DNA from: a phage
Length of the DNA stretch: 64,000 nt
Assembly: GCA_026110335.1 (NCBI GenBank)
Contig: GCA_026110335.1_3055.1
Reading direction: 5' to 3' (one strand)
The first letter of the stretch is position 1. The number at the start of each line of letters is the position of its first letter. The translations under genes and the position numbers were made by a program. Shown piece by piece: positions 1-13,570 of the stretch. The notes under the pieces were generated by a model that was not told the DNA's origin, ran no database searches, and saw nothing but the letters and a program-made list of their open reading frames with translations.

Positions 1-295
1 TGACAGAATCATCTTTTTGAACTTCTTCGAAAAAAGAATATTCTAACATATAAGCAATTGAAAATAACGGGCTATCTTTATAGGATTCGCCCATTACATC
101 AATGGCTTTATACCAGCAGTCATCAATTTCGCGTTTAATGCTAATAACATTCTTTGCAGGGTCAATTTTTACTTTAAATGAATTTTCATCAATAAACTGG
201 GCAATTCGTTTATTAGCTCCGCAAGTTTCATTAAAAATATCTTTATACCCAGTTTTAAAGCGATAAACCTTATCTTCTTCAAACCATTCGCTCAT
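1..295 (-). CDS. hypothetical protein, N-terminal 98 codons; C-terminus lies beyond window start
   Basis: ATG at 293-295 (minus) with AGGAAA RBS upstream; open frame runs to position 2; in small-gene cluster downstream of pseT. Confidence 0.4.
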   Translation of the reverse strand, partial: MSEWFEEDKVYRFKTGYKDIFNETCGANKRIAQFIDENSFKVKIDPAKNVISIKREIDDCWYKAIDVMGESYKDSPLFSIAYMLEYSFFEEVQKDDSV

Positions 296-356
296 TTCAA
301 TTTCCTCATTTGTTTTGGTAGAGCTATAATATCACAACTCTACCATAAAGTAAACT

Positions 357-632
357 TTAAATTGCTTTGAATTCTGATGTCTGTGATTCAAAGCGAATAT
401 CGCCTTTGATGACTAGCTCAGCATCAAGACTGAATACGACAATGATATGCGCGGAGCCTGGATACAACGTGATGGCAACAGAATCCACCTGGTCTGGAAG
501 CAAAGTATTCAATACATGAGTCACTTGAGCATGAATTCGAAGCTCAGCTGCGTTATCAAGTTTTTCAAACATATTATTAGCGATAATTTGGCTAAACACT
601 ACTTCTACGATTTTAGAGTAAGTCGGAAACAT
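357..632 (-). CDS. hypothetical protein (91 aa), pseT-downstream small gene
   Basis: ORF track; compact co-oriented arrangement with pseT. Confidence 0.45.
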   Translation of the reverse strand: MFPTYSKIVEVVFSQIIANNMFEKLDNAAELRIHAQVTHVLNTLLPDQVDSVAITLYPGSAHIIVVFSLDAELVIKGDIRFESQTSEFKAI

Positions 633-695
633 ATTTACCTCACATAATTTTCTTCAAGCCAATTAATAATACCCAAGTTTCATGATGTAAAGCCA

Positions 696-1917
<1,222 letters not shown>

Positions 1918-1921
<4 letters not shown>

Positions 1922-2148
1922 TTATTTTTCTCAACTAATGATTGAATATAATCATGCAGGTCTTTAGATGCTTTACCCCACTTATTTTGATATTCATTTT
2001 TAAGATTAGCCCGAGATTGAGCTAATAAAACATCATTAGTTGGAGGCAAAGATTCTAATCGTTGAATCTGGCGTCCATAAATCATTGCAGCCATCTCAGA
2101 TTCATAAATCAATCCTTTGAGATGTTCAAATTGATGCCATGAAATCAT
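1918..2148 (-). CDS. hypothetical protein (76 aa)
   Basis: ORF track; overlapping start/stop with neighbours. Confidence 0.45.
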
Positions 2149-2444
2149 TTACATTTATCCTCTTTTAGCTCTTGACGATAATAACATATCATAGTTTTTT
2201 GGTCATGTACATATCGTTTTACATCATTAAGCCAAATACGAAATTCCTGGGAATCTTCAAATGGCATACCGACCCAAGCTTTACCATCAATGACTTTAAC
2301 TTGCCAAGATAGTTTAGCTTCATCATATGACTTTATTTGCACAGGCCAATTAGGATGAACTGTTTCTTTCTTTACTTCTAGAGGCTTTGTCGAACAACCA
2401 ACTAGAAGACCAATAGATAATATTACTGCCGATAGTTTAATCAT
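2145..2444 (-). CDS. putative lipoprotein (99 aa)
   Basis: N-terminal signal with lipobox-like LLVGC (MIKLSAVILSIGLLVGCSTKP). Confidence 0.5.
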   Translation of the reverse strand: MIKLSAVILSIGLLVGCSTKPLEVKKETVHPNWPVQIKSYDEAKLSWQVKVIDGKAWVGMPFEDSQEFRIWLNDVKRYVHDQKTMICYYRQELKEDKCK

Positions 2445-2794
2445 TTAGAAAGGTCCTGGATGTCTTCTGCGAACTTGTTGAAGGAGTTGTTGATTTGTTT
2501 TTCAACCAATCCTGGCTTATGAGCCACCACATCCGCCTTCTTTGCATCTTTGCACAGTTTTTCATTTTCACGCTCAATAGCAGCAATTGCCTCACGATTT
2601 TTATTATTCATCGCATCAATATAATTATACTGAATTCGCAAATTATCTAATGCTAAAGCGTTTTCATTGGCCGTTTTTGTAATTTCAGTAACCGATGTTT
2701 CTAATCTTTCTACCTTATTTTTTAAAATAATAGATGTTCCGCCAAATGCTATTACAAGTAATAGCAATCCAGCTGTAAAATTACTTACATGCAT
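2441..2794 (-). CDS. hypothetical membrane-anchored protein (117 aa)
   Basis: Hydrophobic N-terminal segment (FTAGLLLLVIAFGGTSIIL) followed by charged, coiled-coil-like region. Confidence 0.5.
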   Translation of the reverse strand: MHVSNFTAGLLLLVIAFGGTSIILKNKVERLETSVTEITKTANENALALDNLRIQYNYIDAMNNKNREAIAAIERENEKLCKDAKKADVVAHKPGLVEKQINNSFNKFAEDIQDLSK

Positions 2795-3288
2795 AAAGTT
2801 TTAATAACCTCTACAATATCGTCTTGAGAAAGACCGTTAATTAAAATATGATGTTCAGCTGGAGATTTAGAAATTTTAAAGCATGCCTCAACATCTTCTG
2901 CCATATCTGATGCGCTACGATTTGGATTACTAATTCCAAGACGATGCTTTTCTGTCAAAGGATTAACAATGATGTAGCATTTACAGTTATTAATATGAAC
3001 ATTAGGTTGAGTCTGATTAATGAATACTTCACAATCATATTTCGCAAGCTGATTTTCTAAAAAGACTTTCATCTCCTCAACTGCATCAGGAAGCATATCA
3101 CGGGCTTGCTCAAGACGACGATTTCGATATTCTTTGATGGTCGTTTTCCGCTTAACTTGCTTAGCTAAATCTTTCTTAAGATCGGTGATATATCCAACTC
3201 GACGATTTCCTTTAAATACAGAAATCCCATCTGTAGTATCACCATATGCTTCAACGACCATTTCAGTAGTAATAAGCTGTAAATCCAT
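2785..3288 (-). CDS. alc: Alc, inhibitor of host transcription on cytosine-containing DNA
   Basis: 167 aa from second ATG; position between rnlA and pseT as in T4; sequence matches my recollection of T4 Alc. Confidence 0.8.
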   Translation of the reverse strand: MDLQLITTEMVVEAYGDTTDGISVFKGNRRVGYITDLKKDLAKQVKRKTTIKEYRNRRLEQARDMLPDAVEEMKVFLENQLAKYDCEVFINQTQPNVHINNCKCYIIVNPLTEKHRLGISNPNRSASDMAEDVEACFKISKSPAEHHILINGLSQDDIVEVIKTLCM

Positions 3289-3319
3289 CATAAAGTCCTC
3301 ATGTTATGTCAGTAAGACT

Positions 3320-3349
3320 ACTGTAACACAACACGAGGGACTTGTAAAC
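3320..3349 (-). promoter_or_regulatory. candidate T4-type early promoter upstream of alc (weak -10)
   Basis: GTTTAC (rc of gtaaac at 3344-3349), 18-nt spacer, TACAGT-like -10. Confidence 0.3.
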
Positions 3350-3352
3350 AGC

Positions 3353-4944
<1,592 letters not shown>

Positions 4945-4971
4945 AATAAAATGGGCCTTGCGGCCCACTCC

Positions 4972-5474
4972 TTAAAAGTATTTTTTAAAACTCATCATAA
5001 CTTTATCATCAACATCATTATCAATCTGTGCAACAAGATAAGATGACAGTTCTACTTCTTGCGGCGCGGATTGAACATTATCAGAATTAAGATATTCACG
5101 AATCCAAGGATATGGATGTTTAACCGGAGCATCGGTAATTGGGCATGGAAGACCGCACTGTTTCATACGAGATACAGTTAAGTAATCAATAAAGCTCCAC
5201 ATGCTATTTGTATTTAATCCAGGAACATCGCCATCTTTAAATAAATGAACTGCCCAATCTTTTTCTTGACGGTTAACTTCCATGAAAATATCAACTGCTT
5301 CTTGTTCACACTCTTGAGCAATTTTAACCCATTCATCACCATCAGTACCGGATTGAAGCTGACGAATAATATATTGAGTGCCTTTAAGGTGAAGCTGCTC
5401 ATCACGTGCAATGAACTTCATAATCTTGGCATTACCTTCCATGATTTCCATGTTCTTATGGAAGTTAAAGGTAC
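4972..5474 (-). CDS. nrdB: ribonucleotide reductase small subunit, exon 2
   Basis: Encodes ...TFNFHKNMEIMEGNAKIMKFIARDEQLH... to C-terminus; aligns to recalled class Ia R2 (E. coli NrdB FACSFAFAERELMEGNAKI); junction inferred. Confidence 0.85.
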
Positions 5475-6565
5475 CGTTATGTTCGATTGAGCTCGCTAAT
5501 TCTCAACCCGTTCTCTTATGAACTGCTACATATTACTATGCAGACCAGACTATATCACAATCCCAGAGGGATTCTCCCCATTTCGAGTCGCTTGACCCTA
5601 CGTCCGAAGACTAGTCGTTGAACCTTGCTTTGCAATTGTCGCCGTGCCATCGTTTATATGTTGATGGTGATAAATCTTTCTTATCACAATATGGACAATT
5701 CAATTGAATTCTATTTGGATTTAATTTACATCTGTCATTATGTTTTAGATAAAATCCAGGACCTTTACCAATGTGACCGCAGAAATCACATGTGATTTCT
5801 TTTTGTGCAGGATGGGTCCCGTTCTTAACCATTTCTAATGTTTTTGCTGATGTTCTTTTCTTATGGTCTTCTGATAAGAAATGATGTGAACCGTCATTTA
5901 CCCGTTTTGATTGAGTTTCTGACTGCATTTTACCACCGCAAAATACATGAGTACCTTCTTTTATAGCTGCAATATTGCGTTCTTTAACTTTTGCAATATG
6001 CTCAGCTTGTTGAAAATTATGTATACCTAATGCAACTCTATTTAAATTAGATTTACGCTGCATTTCACCATCTAAAAGATGAAATGTACCATTTTCTATC
6101 TTAGATTTAATAGAGGCAATATTTTTAGCTCGTACTTCAGGGATGTTAAAAACCTGGATTTCTCTAGATTTTGCGGCTTTAGAAGCTAATTCAGAAATTT
6201 CTTCAGGAGAATATTTCATTCTAAGCTTTATAGCATGACAAGCCTGGTAATCTTTTTGAGCTAAATGTATATCATAATGTTCCTGTATAGAAAGGCACAT
6301 CAAATTATCTAAATCATTATTTTCACGGTTACCGTCTTTATGATGGATTTCGTATGTTCTTCCATCAGAATCTTTAGGTATAGGTCCGTTAGCATCTATC
6401 CAAATTTTTCTATAGTTCAATTGTGCATCCTCTTAAAAGTATAATCATATTTATATTATACTAATTAAAGGTGCAAGCAAAACCTTGGCTGCTAGTTTTC
6501 CTATAAAGGACTTTCCAGCAATTAAAGGAGTTTTCGATAAACGTTACCGTTTAAAGGCGCATTTT
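5475..6565 (-). mobile_element. group I self-splicing intron in nrdB carrying a homing endonuclease ORF
   Basis: Interrupts conserved R2 motif FYVSFA|C; 5' exon ends in U, intron ends in G; about 1091 nt; boundaries inferred from protein continuity. Confidence 0.75.
5611..6420 (-). CDS. HNH homing endonuclease, I-TevIII-like, apparently full length (269 aa)
   Basis: Intron-embedded ORF with HNH-type motif (EIHHKDGNRENNDLDNLMCLSIQEHYDIH) and C-terminal Cys/His-rich region. Confidence 0.75.
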   Translation of the reverse strand: MNYRKIWIDANGPIPKDSDGRTYEIHHKDGNRENNDLDNLMCLSIQEHYDIHLAQKDYQACHAIKLRMKYSPEEISELASKAAKSREIQVFNIPEVRAKNIASIKSKIENGTFHLLDGEMQRKSNLNRVALGIHNFQQAEHIAKVKERNIAAIKEGTHVFCGGKMQSETQSKRVNDGSHHFLSEDHKKRTSAKTLEMVKNGTHPAQKEITCDFCGHIGKGPGFYLKHNDRCKLNPNRIQLNCPYCDKKDLSPSTYKRWHGDNCKARFND

Positions 6566-7202
6566 ACGCAAAAGATACATAAAAACGAATAGCTTCCAAT
6601 GCGTTGATTACATGCAGGCAGAGGTAAAGAGAACGCATTAATTCATATTTGGCAGTTTTAACACCTTCACTGAACTCATGGTATTCTTCTAAAGCATTTT
6701 GGTATTTACGTGTTTTCTCAATAACGTCATCATAATAACGTCCAATGGATTCAGCACGTTTCATAATAGCTTCATCTAATACAATCTCATCAAATACCTT
6801 TGACGGATCAGTATAAAGATTTCGCATGATATGAGTATATGAACGGCTGTGAATAGTTTCACTAAAAGTCCATGTAGCAACCCATGTATCAAGACTTGGG
6901 TCTGAAATTAATGACATAAGTACAGCAGACGGTGCACGTCCCTGAATGCTATCTAGAAGTGATTGATACTTCAAGTTATTAGTAAAAATATCTTGCTGAT
7001 ATTGAGGAAGCTTGTTAAATTGTGCAGAATCCATCATTAAGTTTACTTCTTCAGGACGCCAGAAAAATGATAATTGCTTTTCGGTTAAATCTTCAAAAAC
7101 TTTATGACGTTGAATATCATAACGCGCAATACCAAGACCTGAACCAAAAAACATAGGTTCTTTTAAAACATCAACTGGATTTGTATTAAAAACTGTGCTC
7201 AT
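6566..7202 (-). CDS. nrdB: ribonucleotide reductase small subunit, exon 1
   Basis: MSTVFNTNPVDVL... through ...EAIRFYVSFA; ORF then reads into intron to a stop. Confidence 0.85.
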
Positions 7203-7253
7203 AAATTTTCCACTTAGTTAATAGTTGGTGACTCGTCCATGAGTCAAATTATA

Positions 7254-9518
7254 TCATAATTTACAGGATGAACAATCGTCGGCTTTTGGAGTTTCTATTT
7301 CATAATCATCAGTACCAGAACCATCGCGGGTATTATGATAATAGAAATTTTTAATGCCATAATACCATCCGTATAGCATGTCATCAATCATTATTGACAT
7401 TGGAACCTTTCCTTTTGGAAAAATCTGCGGGTCATAATATGTATTCGCTGAAGCTGATTGACATACCCATTTCAGCATAATAGCTACCTGCGTAAGATAA
7501 GGTTTATTACCTTTCTTAGCTAATTTCCATGTATAATCATAGAGGTCTATGTTATGTTCAATATTGGGCACGACTTGATTAAATGAACCCTCTTTTGATT
7601 CTTTAACAGAGACTGGTCCACGTGGAGGCTCGATACCGTTTGTACTGTTAGAAACTTGGGAAGATGACTCACATGGCATAAGTGCTGATAATGTGCTATT
7701 ACGGATGCCAAAGAGCTTAAGGTCTTCCCGCAGCGACGACCAGTCACAAACGTATTTTGGAGCTGCGATTTGGTCAATCTTTTTATTGTACCAGTCGATA
7801 GGTAATTCGCCTCGAGACCAACGAGTGTCTGAATAATATTCGCAAGGTCCTTTTTCTTTGGCGAGCTTAATGGATGCTTTAATGAGTCCATACTGTAATC
7901 TCTCAAATAGTTCATGTGTTAAATCGTTAGCATCTTCATAAGAAGCAAAGTTACTTGCCAGCCAAGCTGCATAGTTAGTAACACCTACACCGAGGTTACG
8001 ACGCTTTTTAGCTTTTTCTGCTTCAGGAACTGGATATCCTTGGTAGTCCAAAAGATTATCAAGAGCACGAACTTGGACTTCTGCCAATTCATTAATTTTA
8101 TCTTGGTCTTGCCAATCGAAGTTATCCAACACAAATGCGCTAAGGGTACACAATCCAATTTCAGCATCAGGGCTATTCACATCATTTGTTGGAATAGCAA
8201 TTTCACAGCACAAGTTACTCTGACGAATAGGTGCCTTTTCACGAATAAACGGAGTGTAGTTATTCGTATTATCAATGAACTGCACATAAATCCTTGCTGT
8301 TCCTGAGCGTTCAGTCATGAGCAATTCAAATAGTTCACGGGCTTTAATACGCTTTTTACGAATATTAGGGTCTTTTTCTGCTGCTTCGTATAATTCACGG
8401 AAACGGTCTTGGTCTTTAAAATAAGAATAATACAGCTCTCCACCCATTTCGTGTGGACTGAACAAAGTAATGTAATCGTTCTTTCCGAATCGTTCCATCA
8501 TCAAATCATTCAGTTGAACACCATAATCCATATGACGGATACGGTTTTCTTCTACGCCTTTGTTATTTTTCAAAACGAGAAGATTTTCAACTTCCAAATG
8601 CCAAATAGGATAATAAGCAGTAGCAGCGCCGCCACGAATTCCACCCTGTGAACATGATTTAACAGCAGTCTGAAAATGTTTCCAAAAAGGAATAACACCA
8701 GTATGGCGTACTTCACCCATGCCAATCTTAGAACCTTCAGCACGAATCATACCAACGTTAATACCAATTCCAGCGCGTTTGGAGATATATTCAACAATTG
8801 AAGCGGAAGCCTTATTGATAGACTTTAATGAATCACCTGCCTCAATAACAACGCATGAACTAAACTGTCGAGTCGGAGTACGACAACCAGCCATAATAGG
8901 AGTTGGCAGTGAAATCTGTCGAGTAGATACTGCTTCATAAAAACGAATAACATGTTTTAATCTATCAACAGGTTCATCTTGATGCAATGCCATTCCAATA
9001 GTCATAAATGCAAACTGCGGAGTTTCATAAATTTGACCAGTGGTTTTATCTTTAACTAGATATTTTTCTTTTAATTGCATCGCCCCGGAATAAGTAAATT
9101 CCATATCCCGTTCGTGCTTAATTTTTGATTCTAAAAATGTAATTTCTTCTGCTGAATATTTTGACAATAATTCAGGGTCATATTTACCTTCATTTACACA
9201 GTAAGAAATATGGTCAATAAATGAACGTGGTTCATACTGCCCATAAACATGCTTACGAAGAGCGAACATTAAACAACGTGCAGCTACATATTGATAATCA
9301 GGCTCTTCAACCGAAATAGAATTCGCAGCGGCCTTAATGACAATAGTCTGAATATCATCAGTGGTCATTCCATCACGGAGATATGATTTAATATTTTCAT
9401 ATAATTCATAAGGATCTACAGATGTTCCTTCAGCTGCCCAAGATAAAACTTTAATAATTTTTTGCGGGTCAAAGCTCTGAGAAACACCACTACTTTTGAT
9501 AACATTAATTAATTGCAT
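7254..9518 (-). CDS. nrdA: ribonucleotide reductase large subunit
   Basis: 754 aa; N-terminal ATP-cone region and class Ia R1 catalytic core; matches recalled T4 NrdA; adjacent to nrdB. Confidence 0.93.
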   Translation of the reverse strand: MQLINVIKSSGVSQSFDPQKIIKVLSWAAEGTSVDPYELYENIKSYLRDGMTTDDIQTIVIKAAANSISVEEPDYQYVAARCLMFALRKHVYGQYEPRSFIDHISYCVNEGKYDPELLSKYSAEEITFLESKIKHERDMEFTYSGAMQLKEKYLVKDKTTGQIYETPQFAFMTIGMALHQDEPVDRLKHVIRFYEAVSTRQISLPTPIMAGCRTPTRQFSSCVVIEAGDSLKSINKASASIVEYISKRAGIGINVGMIRAEGSKIGMGEVRHTGVIPFWKHFQTAVKSCSQGGIRGGAATAYYPIWHLEVENLLVLKNNKGVEENRIRHMDYGVQLNDLMMERFGKNDYITLFSPHEMGGELYYSYFKDQDRFRELYEAAEKDPNIRKKRIKARELFELLMTERSGTARIYVQFIDNTNNYTPFIREKAPIRQSNLCCEIAIPTNDVNSPDAEIGLCTLSAFVLDNFDWQDQDKINELAEVQVRALDNLLDYQGYPVPEAEKAKKRRNLGVGVTNYAAWLASNFASYEDANDLTHELFERLQYGLIKASIKLAKEKGPCEYYSDTRWSRGELPIDWYNKKIDQIAAPKYVCDWSSLREDLKLFGIRNSTLSALMPCESSSQVSNSTNGIEPPRGPVSVKESKEGSFNQVVPNIEHNIDLYDYTWKLAKKGNKPYLTQVAIMLKWVCQSASANTYYDPQIFPKGKVPMSIMIDDMLYGWYYGIKNFYYHNTRDGSGTDDYEIETPKADDCSSCKL

Positions 9519-9835
9519 AAGTCCTCAACTTGAAAATCGTCTTTAAACAATCGGTTAACTATATGAGCTATTATATCACCATGACACGGCTTTGGTTTAC
9601 ATGTGCATCCTAGCCTCATTCCACGTAAAGGCTCTAAATGCGCTTTAGTTATTTCTCCGGATTTAATTCGACGTATAAAATCTTTTTTGAATAATTCAAT
9701 GGCAGCCTCCCGGCTGCCAGCATCTTTACCGACGTAATTTCCCCAAAATGTACCACGGTGAATATTAACATCAAAGTCGGATTTATATTTATTCACTACC
9801 CGGCATAGACGGCCCGCGCGGTTGTAGGTGTTCAT
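9509..9835 (-). CDS. hypothetical protein (108 aa), nrdA.1-like position
   Basis: ORF track; between td and nrdA as the nrdA.1/nrdA.2 small genes of T4. Confidence 0.5.
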   Translation of the reverse strand: MNTYNRAGRLCRVVNKYKSDFDVNIHRGTFWGNYVGKDAGSREAAIELFKKDFIRRIKSGEITKAHLEPLRGMRLGCTCKPKPCHGDIIAHIVNRLFKDDFQVEDLCN

Positions 9836-10064
9836 ATTGTTCTTCCGTTAAAACAGTAATATCGTAGTAACAGTCAGAAGAAGTTTTAACTGTAGAAATT
9901 TTATTATCAAAATACTCACGAGTCATTTTATGAGTATAATATTTTTTGCCATAAATGATAATAGGCTGATTTGGTCCTGGAACTTCTAACTCACTTGGAT
10001 TAGGAAGTGTAAAAAGAACTACACCAGAAGTATCTTTAAATCGTAAAATCATATATCCTCGCAA
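9789..10064 (-). CDS. hypothetical protein (91 aa), nrdA.2-like position
   Basis: ORF track; position. Confidence 0.45.
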   Translation of the reverse strand: MRGYMILRFKDTSGVVLFTLPNPSELEVPGPNQPIIIYGKKYYTHKMTREYFDNKISTVKTSSDCYYDITVLTEEQYEHLQPRGPSMPGSE

Positions 10065-10072
10065 TAATAAAA

Positions 10073-10933
10073 TTACACCGCCATTTTTCCTTTCAAGACA
10101 CCGTGGGACTGATAATCTTTGAGAACGAAATCTTTAGGCCTGAGTTTAAGAACATATTCCAATTGTTCTTTAGTAGAAAGATAACGGAATTTATAAGGCA
10201 ATCCGCCTATTACCAGTTCACAAAGCTCTTTAGGTTCACGACGCAAAATTTCTTTACATTGTTCGACATGATTCATATAGATATGAGTATTACCACCGGA
10301 AAATATCAAATCTCCTGGAATAAGATTACACATCTTAGCTACAATATGAACGAACGCAGCATATGATGCAATGTTGAATGGCAAGCCCAAGAACACGTCA
10401 ACACTTCTTTGATACCACTGCAAATCCAAATAGCCATTACGCACATTAAACTGATAGAACATATGACAAGGCGGTAATGACATATATTTAAGTTCAGCTG
10501 GATTCCATGCAGAAACAATTTGACGTCTATCATTTGGTAGTTTTTTAATACGATCAACAACTTCTATAATTTGGTCTACACCGCCAAAATCACGCCATTG
10601 TTTTCCATAAATTGGACCAAGTTCACCACTATGATATCCTAAATCTTTTGCTTGATTTTCGTAATTTTCATCCCAGACTGTTTTGCCTTGAATTAATGAA
10701 TTGTGTTGAATTAATCGTAAATCATTGACATTTGTGCTTCCTGATAAAAACCATATTAGCTCAGCAATGCAAGCTTTCCAGGCGAGCTTCTTAGTTGTTA
10801 CCGCAGGAAAACCTTTAGTTAAATCCCAGCGTAATTTAGTACCGAACAAAGCAATTGTTCCTGTGCCTGTTCGGTCATCGGTTTCATAGCCATTTTCAAA
10901 AATGTCTTTAATTAAATCTTGGTATTGTTTCAT
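10073..10933 (-). CDS. td: thymidylate synthase, uninterrupted (no intron)
   Basis: 286 aa continuous ORF with ThyA active-site region (LPPCH) and C-terminal MAV; T4 td is split by an intron, this one is not. Confidence 0.9.
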   Translation of the reverse strand: MKQYQDLIKDIFENGYETDDRTGTGTIALFGTKLRWDLTKGFPAVTTKKLAWKACIAELIWFLSGSTNVNDLRLIQHNSLIQGKTVWDENYENQAKDLGYHSGELGPIYGKQWRDFGGVDQIIEVVDRIKKLPNDRRQIVSAWNPAELKYMSLPPCHMFYQFNVRNGYLDLQWYQRSVDVFLGLPFNIASYAAFVHIVAKMCNLIPGDLIFSGGNTHIYMNHVEQCKEILRREPKELCELVIGGLPYKFRYLSTKEQLEYVLKLRPKDFVLKDYQSHGVLKGKMAV

Positions 10934-10978
10934 TTAGTACCTTATATAAATTATAATACATTTTATGAAGCTAAATAA

Positions 10979-12175
<1,197 letters not shown>

Positions 12176-12185
12176 ATTATTTTCC

Positions 12186-12428
12186 TTAAACAGACTTTTT
12201 CACAATTTTCCAATCAGCTTTAAACTGTTCAACGTCAGAATGGTAAATCCAAAATCCTGCGCTTTCTCCATCCTCATAAAGAGGGCATCCATCGCATTCA
12301 TCTTCCCATCCAATGTCACGTAAAAGATGTTCAGCTTTTTCAACAAGTTCAGAATCTTTACCGATGATATTAAAATACCATTTACCTCTAACTTCCGAAT
12401 CTTTGATGCTCTGACGTTGTAATCTCAT
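12186..12428 (-). CDS. hypothetical protein (80 aa), frd.2-like
   Basis: ORF track; preceded by early promoter. Confidence 0.45.
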   Translation of the reverse strand: MRLQRQSIKDSEVRGKWYFNIIGKDSELVEKAEHLLRDIGWEDECDGCPLYEDGESAGFWIYHSDVEQFKADWKIVKKSV

Positions 12429-12454
12429 TTTATTCTCCTCAAGTTGATAAGGCT

Positions 12455-12484
12455 ATAGTATCATTACCATAGCCTGTTGTAAAC
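12455..12484 (-). promoter_or_regulatory. T4-type early promoter
   Basis: GTTTAC -35, 18-nt spacer, TACTAT -10 on minus strand; A/T-rich UP-like region. Confidence 0.55.
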
Positions 12485-12486
12485 AT

Positions 12487-12714
12487 TTATTTTTGAATTA
12501 AGCCCATATAAAATTTAGCATCTTCAGGATACATGCCATCACAATACTCATTGGTCATAAAACTGATAAGGTCTTCAAGAGGACCTTGGACTTCAATTTG
12601 AATACTAAAGAATTGAGTATCTTTAATGTAAGCCATACTCAAAGAAGGATAACGATTGCGGATAACTTCGTAAGTGTATTCAAAATCAACAATATCAATA
12701 TTAACCTTAGCCAT
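12487..12714 (-). CDS. hypothetical protein (75 aa), paralog A ([13 protein letters not shown]...)
   Basis: Start at MAKVNID; about 55 percent identical to ORF 13198..13425. Confidence 0.5.
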   Translation of the reverse strand: MAKVNIDIVDFEYTYEVIRNRYPSLSMAYIKDTQFFSIQIEVQGPLEDLISFMTNEYCDGMYPEDAKFYMGLIQK

Positions 12715-12743
12715 TTTATTTTCCTCATGTAGTTGATAGGGTA

Positions 12744-12773
12744 ATAGTATCACACTACTACCCTACTGTAAAC
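12744..12773 (-). promoter_or_regulatory. T4-type early promoter
   Basis: GTTTAC-N18-TACTAT on minus strand. Confidence 0.55.
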
Positions 12774-13153
12774 TACTTTTTGAAAGTTTTTCGCAAAAGT
12801 TCAATGATTTCATCTACATTGTTTTCGTCTACAATGCAGTGAATTTTTGTTACGCCAGAAACCGGGTCTTTGACTTCATCTTCTTCAGAAGTCGGTTCTT
12901 TATACTCACGAAAACAATGAAATTCGTCTTCGCAAATTTCTAAAAGTCTATCTTTGAGGTAAAAATGCTTTCCATTTGCGCATTCAATGTGTTTTACTGC
13001 TTTATATCCATTAGCGACGGAAACTTCTTTAACTTCAAACCATCCGCCATTATCTCGAATGGCTTTAACTATTGATGAATTAGAACACGGACTATAATTA
13101 ATAAATGTATCAATAAGTCTTGGAATAAGTTCATACTTTTTACCAGTATACAT
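12773..13153 (-). CDS. hypothetical protein (126 aa)
   Basis: ORF track. Confidence 0.45.
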   Translation of the reverse strand: MYTGKKYELIPRLIDTFINYSPCSNSSIVKAIRDNGGWFEVKEVSVANGYKAVKHIECANGKHFYLKDRLLEICEDEFHCFREYKEPTSEEDEVKDPVSGVTKIHCIVDENNVDEIIELLRKTFKK

Positions 13154-13197
13154 TGCGTTTTCCTCATTTTAATAGGGGCTTGATAGCCCCTTGATAA

Positions 13198-13425
13198 TTA
13201 CTGTTCAATAAATCCTGTGTAAAATTCTACATCTTCAGCATCCATACCGTCGCAGTATTCATTAACCATAAACTGTTTAAGACGATTTAAAGGACCTTCA
13301 ATAACAACTGAAACATTACAATTAGGATCATTTAGTGCGCTTATGATACTAAGTTCAGGATAACGATTACGAATAATTTCTTCAATATATTCAAAATCAA
13401 CAACATCAATATCAATTTTAGCCAT
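13198..13425 (-). CDS. hypothetical protein (75 aa), paralog B ([13 protein letters not shown]...)
   Basis: Start at MAKIDID; paralog of 12487..12714. Confidence 0.5.
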   Translation of the reverse strand: MAKIDIDVVDFEYIEEIIRNRYPELSIISALNDPNCNVSVVIEGPLNRLKQFMVNEYCDGMDAEDVEFYTGFIEQ

Positions 13426-13468
13426 ATTATTTTCCTCTTTAATCATCAGCAGTATTGCCGATAGTTGT

Positions 13469-13498
13469 ATAGTACCATAAAGCTTTATGCTTGTAAAC
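13469..13498 (-). promoter_or_regulatory. T4-type early promoter
   Basis: GTTTAC-N18-TACTAT; part of a conserved promoter cassette repeated in the window. Confidence 0.6.
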
Positions 13499-13520
13499 CG
13501 TTTTGTGAAAAAATTTTAAA

Positions 13521-13548
13521 ATAAAAAAGGGGGACCTCTAGGGTCCCC
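13521..13548 (-). terminator. intrinsic terminator downstream of gene 32
   Basis: GGGGACC-tcta-GGGTCCCC hairpin followed by T-run on minus strand. Confidence 0.65.
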
Positions 13549-13570
13549 GATTAATTAGTAATATAATCTA

